Assembly: GCA_009691465.1 (NCBI GenBank)
Contig: SICK01000002.1
Location: 9,951-73,950 of the forward strand
Source: Candidatus Kaiserbacteria bacterium
GTDB lineage: Bacteria > Patescibacteriota > Minisyncoccia > Phycocordibacterales > SBAW01
Length of the DNA stretch: 64,000 nucleotides
Direction of reading: 5' to 3'
Position numbers and translations under genes: made by a program. The notes beneath the pieces are model-generated. The model saw nothing but the letters and a program-made list of their open reading frames with translations. It was not told the DNA's origin and did not search any database. The stretch's first letter is position 1; each line of letters opens with the position of its first letter. Positions 58,782 to 64,000 of the stretch are shown in pieces.

Positions 58782-58903
58782 AACTACTCTTTATTAAAGA
58801 CTATTACTACTATTAGGGCTGTGGATTGTGGAAAAGTCATTTTTATTGTTGTAGGGCTTGGTGGTTTCGTTAAGGTGTTATACACACTACTGTGGACAAA
58901 AAA
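58782..58903. promoter_or_regulatory. AT-rich dnaA-dnaN intergenic region with DnaA-box-like 9-mers (oriC candidate)
   Basis: tgtggattg (58820-28), tgtggaaaa (58827-35), tgtggacaa (58891-99) match TGTGGATAA at 7-8/9; local AT enrichment. Confidence 0.45.
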
Positions 58904-60244
58904 TTATTTCAACATCATACGGATCTGATGTAACTCATTACTCAACACACTATCCCCACGAAGATCATTCTTTATTTTGTCGCAGGAGTGGATAACGGTT
59001 GTGTGGTCGCGGCCACCCAATTTCTCCCCAATAGTAGGGAACGAAATTCTAAAGTCCTCACGCAAAAGGAACATAATAACCTGCCGCGGCCGGACCACCT
59101 CTTTGCGCCGTGTCTTTTCGTAGATACTCCCCTCTTCGACCCCATAGAAGTTGGCGATGGTTTTGACCACCTCCTGCACTGAAACCGCCTTCTTTTGTAT
59201 GCCTCCGGCGCCGCGCAGGAGCGTCTTGGCGTCGTTTACGGTGAGCGGTTGGCCCCGCATCTCAAACTGGATCATAAGCGTGTTTAAAGCGCCCTCAAGC
59301 TCGCGTACATTGCCTTCGATGGTGGTGGCCAAATATTCAAGCACCTCGTCGGCAAGGATAAAGTTATGCGCCGCGGCCTTGGACCTGATGATAGCAAGGC
59401 GCGACTGGTGGTCGGGAGGGGTGACCGACACTATCATCCCGGCGCTAAAACGCGACTTAAGGCGGTCCTCAAGATTTTGGATGACGTTGGGGTGTTGGTC
59501 ACTCGAAAATACCAACTGCTTGTTGGCATCATGGAGGTAGTTGAAGAGGTGGAAGAATTCTTCTTTGATCTTGTCGCGTCCTGCAAGAAACTGCACATCA
59601 TCCATGATAAGCAGGTCGTACTGACGGTACTTTTCTTTAAAACTCTGTACTTTTCCCGCCTGGAGGCTGGAAACGTAGTCCATGGAAAACTTTTCTGACG
59701 TGACATAGTACACCTTACGTTCGGGGGCACTGACGCGGAAGTGGTTGCCGATGGCTTGGATAAGGTGAGTTTTACCCAGACCGGTGGGGCCGTAGACCAG
59801 GAGGGGGTTGTAGGCAATACCCGGCTTACGCACGACCGCCTGCGCGGCCGCGTGGGCAAGCTCGTTGAACGGCCCCACCACAAAGGTGCTAAAGGTAAAC
59901 CGCGGGTTGAGGTTGCTTTTTTGGTGCACCGCCTCGAGCGGCAGCTCGCCGACCGGCGGAGGGACTTGGCGAGTCTCCTCGTTAGAGCGTTTTGGCCCGC
60001 GAGAGATGACATATTCGACCGTCCGCACAGACTCCGAGAGGGTGCGCAACGACCGCAAGATGTCTTTATGGAACTTAGTGGAGAGCCAGTCCCGGGCAAA
60101 TTGCGACGGCACACCCAAGGAGACGGTACCATCCTCTACCCTGACGATATGGGTGTCTTTAAACCACGTATTAAAGTTGGGTTTGGATATACTAAGCTCC
60201 AGTTCGACGAGCGTATTCTCCCAAAGTTCTTTTGTGGTAGTCAT
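58904..60244 (-). CDS. dnaA: chromosomal replication initiator DnaA
   Basis: AAA+ Walker A GPTGLGKTHL, DnaA signature, C-terminal HTH; start trimmed to MTTTKELW. Confidence 0.9.
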   Translation of the reverse strand: MTTTKELWENTLVELELSISKPNFNTWFKDTHIVRVEDGTVSLGVPSQFARDWLSTKFHKDILRSLRTLSESVRTVEYVISRGPKRSNEETRQVPPPVGELPLEAVHQKSNLNPRFTFSTFVVGPFNELAHAAAQAVVRKPGIAYNPLLVYGPTGLGKTHLIQAIGNHFRVSAPERKVYYVTSEKFSMDYVSSLQAGKVQSFKEKYRQYDLLIMDDVQFLAGRDKIKEEFFHLFNYLHDANKQLVFSSDQHPNVIQNLEDRLKSRFSAGMIVSVTPPDHQSRLAIIRSKAAAHNFILADEVLEYLATTIEGNVRELEGALNTLMIQFEMRGQPLTVNDAKTLLRGAGGIQKKAVSVQEVVKTIANFYGVEEGSIYEKTRRKEVVRPRQVIMFLLREDFRISFPTIGEKLGGRDHTTVIHSCDKIKNDLRGDSVLSNELHQIRMMLK

Positions 60245-60320
60245 GGAGTGGTACAAGCGGTACACACCACTGTACGCGAGGCCGCTCCCGCCGTCAAAAA
60301 CGGCAAAAAGGTGTTCATCT

Positions 60321-60341
60321 TGTGGACAATCTGTGGATAGA
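60321..60341. promoter_or_regulatory. two DnaA-box-like 9-mers in the dnaA/rpmH divergent promoter region
   Basis: tgtggacaa (60321-29) and tgtggatag (60333-41). Confidence 0.4.
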
Positions 60342-60354
60342 GTATATTTGACAC

Positions 60355-60489
60355 ATGTCACAAACGTACCAACCAAAAAAACGCAAACGAGCAAGGAGCC
60401 ATGGGTTTTTGAAGCGCTCGGCCACCGCCGGAGGCAAAAAGACCATGCTGCGCCGCCGCCGCAAGGGGCGCGCAACAATAGCTCACTAG
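60355..60489 (+). CDS. rpmH: 50S ribosomal protein L34 (below ORF-track threshold)
   Basis: Translated by hand: [44 protein letters not shown]; canonical position upstream of rnpA. Confidence 0.85.
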   Translation: MSQTYQPKKRKRARSHGFLKRSATAGGKKTMLRRRRKGRATIAH

Positions 60490-60492
60490 CGC

Positions 60493-60789
60493 ATGCTCCC
60501 AAAACACAAGCGGCTTACCGCGGCGGAGGTTCGTGAGATACTAAAGAGCGGCCGCTCGGCGCGCTCGTCTACCTTGTCGGCTAAATATGTTCCCTCCCCT
60601 TCCGCCCGTGCGGCGGTTGTGGTGAGTAAAAAAGTGGCCAAGACCGCCGTGCTGCGCAACAAACTGCGCCGCGCCGCGTACGACGCGCTCGGTCCCCTAC
60701 TCCCCGCACAAAAAAACATCGTACTCTTTCTGCATAAGCCCGCGCTTGATATACATGAACTAACATCCCTATGTTCCAAACTTTCCTAG
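60493..60789 (+). CDS. rnpA: ribonuclease P protein component
   Basis: Basic approximately 100-aa protein in rpmH-rnpA-yidC order. Confidence 0.8.
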   Translation: MLPKHKRLTAAEVREILKSGRSARSSTLSAKYVPSPSARAAVVVSKKVAKTAVLRNKLRRAAYDALGPLLPAQKNIVLFLHKPALDIHELTSLCSKLS

Positions 60790-61484
60790 TACAACCTATC
60801 TACAACGCGTTTGTCGCGCTGGTCGGCATCATGCCGCACGGTGATGCCGGGCTCGCCATAGTCACACTTACCGTCATTATGCGATTGGTACTCTATCCGG
60901 TCTTTACGGCATCTATCCGCACCCAGATGGGTATGGCGGCGATGCAAGGCGAGTTGGATACACTTAAAGAAAAGTTTAAAGACGACAAAGAAGCCGCCGC
61001 AAAAGGGCAGCTTGCACTGTTTAAGAAATACAAAGTCAATCCGCTCGCGGGCTTTGGCGCGCTCTTTATCCAACTGGCCGTCATCATCGCCCTGTATTTT
61101 GCGCTCTTTAGAGAAGGATTTCCTGTCATCAACCCAAACTTGCTCTACTCGTTCGTACACGTGCCCGCAATAGTCTCAACGAGTTTCTTCGGGATTGTCG
61201 ACTTGCTTACGCCGCGGCATGTCCTGTTGGCGGCTATTGTCGGGCTGACGCAATACCTTGCCATTCGGCTGACCCTTGCCCGCACGCCCGCCCCCGCGGC
61301 GGCGGCACCGGAGAAGCTGGCGGCGCACCGGATGCAACAGGGTATGATGCTCTACTTTATGCCGCTCCTGATGGCGGTTACCTCGTACTATTTTGCCGCG
61401 GCGGTGGGGCTGTACTTTGTTGCCGGTAACATATTTTCGCTCGGACAGGAGTGGCACATACGCCGCCAGCAGTTGCAGAAGTAG
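60771..61484 (+). CDS. yidC: membrane protein insertase YidC (short form)
   Basis: YidC/Oxa1 core TM pattern; 237 aa. Confidence 0.85.
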   Translation: MFQTFLVQPIYNAFVALVGIMPHGDAGLAIVTLTVIMRLVLYPVFTASIRTQMGMAAMQGELDTLKEKFKDDKEAAAKGQLALFKKYKVNPLAGFGALFIQLAVIIALYFALFREGFPVINPNLLYSFVHVPAIVSTSFFGIVDLLTPRHVLLAAIVGLTQYLAIRLTLARTPAPAAAAPEKLAAHRMQQGMMLYFMPLLMAVTSYYFAAAVGLYFVAGNIFSLGQEWHIRRQQLQK

Positions 61485-61490
61485 CGGTAG

Positions 61491-61973
61491 ATGGGGTATG
61501 GTATCCCCATGCTGCCGCTCGATTTAAAATCTTTTATCACCGAGCTGCTCTCACTCCTTGACGTCGTCACCGACTCCATCGAGGTAAAAACCGGGCATCG
61601 CACCCTGGTTGTGGTTGCCTCAAGCGACTCTGCCCGCCTCATAGGGCAGGGCGGAGAGCACTTGCGCTCGCTCAACATGGTCGCGCGGCGCCTGGTAGAG
61701 GCAAAACATGGAGAAGAGGCGGCCAACTTTCTTATCGACGTCAACGGCTACCACGAATCACAGATGGAGAAGGTCCGCGCCGGCGCACGCATGCTGGCCC
61801 AGCGCGCGCGGCTGTTTAAGCATGATGTCGAGCTCGAACCCATGAGCGCGTATGAACGCTTGGTAGTACACGAGCTTTTTGCCGAGGATCCGGAGATAAA
61901 GACCGAATCGGCGGGCGAGGGCAAGTTCCGCCATATTGTCCTCAAATACAAAGACAGCGCACTCGCGTCTTAA
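61491..61973 (+). CDS. jag: Jag/SpoIIIJ-associated KH + R3H RNA-binding protein
   Basis: KH GxxG (LIGQGGEHLRSL) and R3H (ERLVVHELF) motifs. Confidence 0.8.
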   Translation: MGYGIPMLPLDLKSFITELLSLLDVVTDSIEVKTGHRTLVVVASSDSARLIGQGGEHLRSLNMVARRLVEAKHGEEAANFLIDVNGYHESQMEKVRAGARMLAQRARLFKHDVELEPMSAYERLVVHELFAEDPEIKTESAGEGKFRHIVLKYKDSALAS

Positions 61974-62028
61974 GTAACGTTAGTTGCCCAGCCGCACCCG
62001 TCTCGCCTATTGCGAGCCGAGGCGGACG

Positions 62029-62060
62029 CCCCAGAGGCTGCGGTCGTCTTTTTTTATAAA
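62029..62060. repeat. copy A of 32-bp exact direct repeat (doubles as terminator-like hairpin + T7 after jag)
   Basis: ccccagaggctgcggtcgtctttttttataaa; minus-strand reading with flank encodes FIKKDDRSLWGVRLGSQ*, i.e. the C-terminus of the TolB-like protein. Confidence 0.8.
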
Positions 62061-62083
62061 ATTGTTTTGAAATACAAATAAAA

Positions 62084-62116
62084 TAAGCCCCGCCGTTTAT
62101 CGGCGAGGCTTTTGTT
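62084..62116. terminator. bidirectional rho-independent terminator
   Basis: gccccgccg tttat cggcgaggc hairpin followed by T-run on + strand and by T-rich run on - strand. Confidence 0.5.
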
Positions 62117-62134
62117 TTTAGACCCAAGGATCTG

Positions 62135-62584
62135 TTAGAACAGTTTAGTTGCTCCGTGGAGCAGATCGGCGATGTGCCGGTGTCCCTTAGAACGGAGATA
62201 CTTGGCCGCGTTTCGAGCCAAAAACTTCGCAGTGAGGCAAACACCTTTGTAGAAGCTGGCCTTGTGCGAGTTGTTGAGACTGCGATAGCGCCGACCCAGG
62301 TGTTCGATCGGCGAAACCGGTGCTCGAGGGCCCGAAAATATTCCAAGTACTACCGCCGCCCAAGGGCTGAGTATCATGAGACCAAAGCCCCAGAAGAAGC
62401 CTTTCAAGGCGTAGGCAGGGTCTGCGGATGCCATCGGCATCGTAAGTGTGTAGATAAGCAGTCCGGCAAAAAATACTGCCGAGCCGCACACCAGAGCGCG
62501 CTTAAGATTGATAGCACCTCGCAGTACACCGATTACCAAGATGATGACCGGCAAGACTACAAGGAAGATTCCTAGAATACTCAT
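62135..62584 (-). CDS. hypothetical 3-4 TM membrane protein (bracketed by direct repeats A and B)
   Basis: 149 aa, hydrophobic N-terminal two-thirds, basic C-terminal tail. Confidence 0.5.
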   Translation of the reverse strand: MSILGIFLVVLPVIILVIGVLRGAINLKRALVCGSAVFFAGLLIYTLTMPMASADPAYALKGFFWGFGLMILSPWAAVVLGIFSGPRAPVSPIEHLGRRYRSLNNSHKASFYKGVCLTAKFLARNAAKYLRSKGHRHIADLLHGATKLF

Positions 62585-62694
62585 TTTTCCTCCATGAGTG
62601 TTAGGGTTCAGTTCGAAGAACAGTCTCGCTGTCCACTATACTCTAAATAGGGCTATTTGTCAATAGCCCACCAAAATAACCTTACGTAAAGCCT

Positions 62695-63939
62695 TTATTG
62701 CCCAAGTCTCACCCCCCAGAGGCTGCGGTCGTCTTTTTTTATAAACAACAGGTATTGGTCGTCGGGCGATACCGCAAGCGAGAGGATGTCGGAGGGAACT
62801 CCGCCGTCACCACTGCCAGGAGTTGCAACAATTACCGATTGTTGAGCTTGTAGATTATAGCCGAAGATGCTGTCGTTGAAACTTGTGGCTCCTTGATGCC
62901 AAGAGTCCAGGTATGTCGGCGGAGCGTACGAAAGAGGCCGTGCGCAGTAAACAACAAAGGCTGCACTGGGGCTCCAGACACATTTCTCCGGATATGGGTC
63001 GAAGGAGACGGGCATATTAAGCCCCGTCTTTATATTGCGGACGTATGTAGAAACCCCTTGACCGGTGGCGGGAGCCGTTTGATAGATTAAGTAAGTAAAA
63101 GTTGAATTAGCAATAGCGGTGAGACCTTCTGCATACAAAAGCGGAGAAACCGACCCACTAGAGATGTTGACCGAAAAGAGTACCCCCGGCACTCCGGCAG
63201 AGGATTTAGTGTAGAGCAGTACGGTTGGAGCGGAGGGCCAGGAGATGATGAGTTGGGAGAGCGGGAGTGAGAAGAGTTTTTTAGGAGCACTGCCGTCGGC
63301 AAAGGCGGTATAGCCGTCTGCGCCCGAGGCGCCGCGCAAAAGATATACCATATTCTTTCCGTCGGGAGAAAAAGCGGCCCCCGTGATACCATCGGGCAAA
63401 AACCGTGCCCGCGAAGTCACTTGCTTGGTGGTGGTTGAGACACTAAAAGTCAATGAGAGTGTTTTTATAACTCCGTTGTCGACGTAGCGCAGTAGCGCGG
63501 TGCGTCCTCCTGCTGCCCAGAGCGCCTCGCTGATGCCGGGTATCGTGATGTTGGAAGCCCCGCGGCCCACCGCACCCGGAACGTCTATAGCAAAGTCAGT
63601 GACGTGGGCGTTATCCTGCGCAATGTAGCGCACGAGCGTGGTGGTCGGCTGCGTGGTCTGTATGAACGTGGCGGCCACTACGGGGCCCGTGGCTATTTTA
63701 AATATGGTTTGGGTGCTAGGGGTAGATTGATTGGTCGGCGTACCGGTGTTGTTGGTAGTGCCTGTTCCCCCTCCCCCATCGGGCGTCACTGATACGGTGG
63801 TGTTCCCGCCGCCGGTGGTGTCTCCTTGTGTCGCGGGTGTTGGTGTAGAACCGGAGAAGAAGAAAAACCATACAAACAAGCCAGCTACTACAGTCCCGAC
63901 AATTATGATTCCGATAATAGTGGGTGTAAATCTAGGCAT
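62695..63939 (-). CDS. membrane-anchored TolB-like beta-propeller (PD40-repeat) protein
   Basis: N-terminal TM, Thr/Gly-rich linker, PD40-like repeats (FSPDGKNMVYLL, SPDDQYLLFIKKDD). Confidence 0.6.
   Translation of the reverse strand: MPRFTPTIIGIIIVGTVVAGLFVWFFFFSGSTPTPATQGDTTGGGNTTVSVTPDGGGGTGTTNNTGTPTNQSTPSTQTIFKIATGPVVAATFIQTTQPTTTLVRYIAQDNAHVTDFAIDVPGAVGRGASNITIPGISEALWAAGGRTALLRYVDNGVIKTLSLTFSVSTTTKQVTSRARFLPDGITGAAFSPDGKNMVYLLRGASGADGYTAFADGSAPKKLFSLPLSQLIISWPSAPTVLLYTKSSAGVPGVLFSVNISSGSVSPLLYAEGLTAIANSTFTYLIYQTAPATGQGVSTYVRNIKTGLNMPVSFDPYPEKCVWSPSAAFVVYCARPLSYAPPTYLDSWHQGATSFNDSIFGYNLQAQQSVIVATPGSGDGGVPSDILSLAVSPDDQYLLFIKKDDRSLWGVRLGQ
62714..62745. repeat. copy B of the 32-bp exact direct repeat (here it is the 3' coding end of the TolB-like gene)
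   Basis: Identical to 62029-62060; flanks differ at nucleotide level but encode the same peptide. Confidence 0.8.
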
Positions 63940-64000
63940 GGTGTTTATATTATCGCCAATAAGAACAGACGAGCACTGTTTTTCCTGAGTTTCCCACCAC

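Overview
This is a high-GC (about 60%), densely coding bacterial chromosomal segment. Its gene content and style point to a small-genome Candidate Phyla Radiation / Patescibacteria (Parcubacteria-like) organism.

Core content includes the replication-origin neighbourhood (dnaN, dnaA, rpmH, rnpA, yidC, jag, with DnaA-box-like 9-mers in both flanking intergenic regions). It also includes recA, ftsK, ruvA, ruvB-yebC-ruvC, ruvX, recO, polA, and five aminoacyl-tRNA synthetases (MetRS, GlyRS, IleRS, ArgRS, TyrRS). A thymidylate operon (CYTH-dcd-thyA-glyA with divergent folA) is present. The ribosomal/translation genes rpsF-ssb-rpsR, rplK-nusG-secE (no rplA follows), rplS, rpsT and efp are present. 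There is a class A PBP, a Mur ligase, a lone PilB-type ATPase, an ECF sigma factor, and ten tRNA genes plus one tRNA 3' fragment. Many large secreted or membrane-anchored repeat proteins are present, including a 1005-aa LCCL/Calx-beta/Fn3-like protein, a 640-aa protein, a DUF3494 ice-binding-like protein, and a TolB-like propeller.

The accessory, lower-GC parts are dominated by tRNA-associated selfish DNA. Three free-standing homing endonuclease genes (one HNH, two LAGLIDADG) each sit 5-26 bp 5' of a tRNA gene on the same strand. A large serine recombinase has a 3' end that overlaps tRNA-Arg(GCG). Immediately upstream of it lies a diverged inverted copy of the recombinase 3' end / tRNA-junction. 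Upstream of that, two perfect 94-bp inverted repeats bracket a secreted repeat-protein gene. I read this as a candidate recombinase-driven inversion or excision module. A tRNA 3'-end fragment and a duplicated gene 3' end elsewhere give further rearrangement scars.

The IleRS gene carries an in-frame insertion of a complete histidine-phosphatase (PGAM-like) domain. No rRNA, CRISPR array or transposase was seen.
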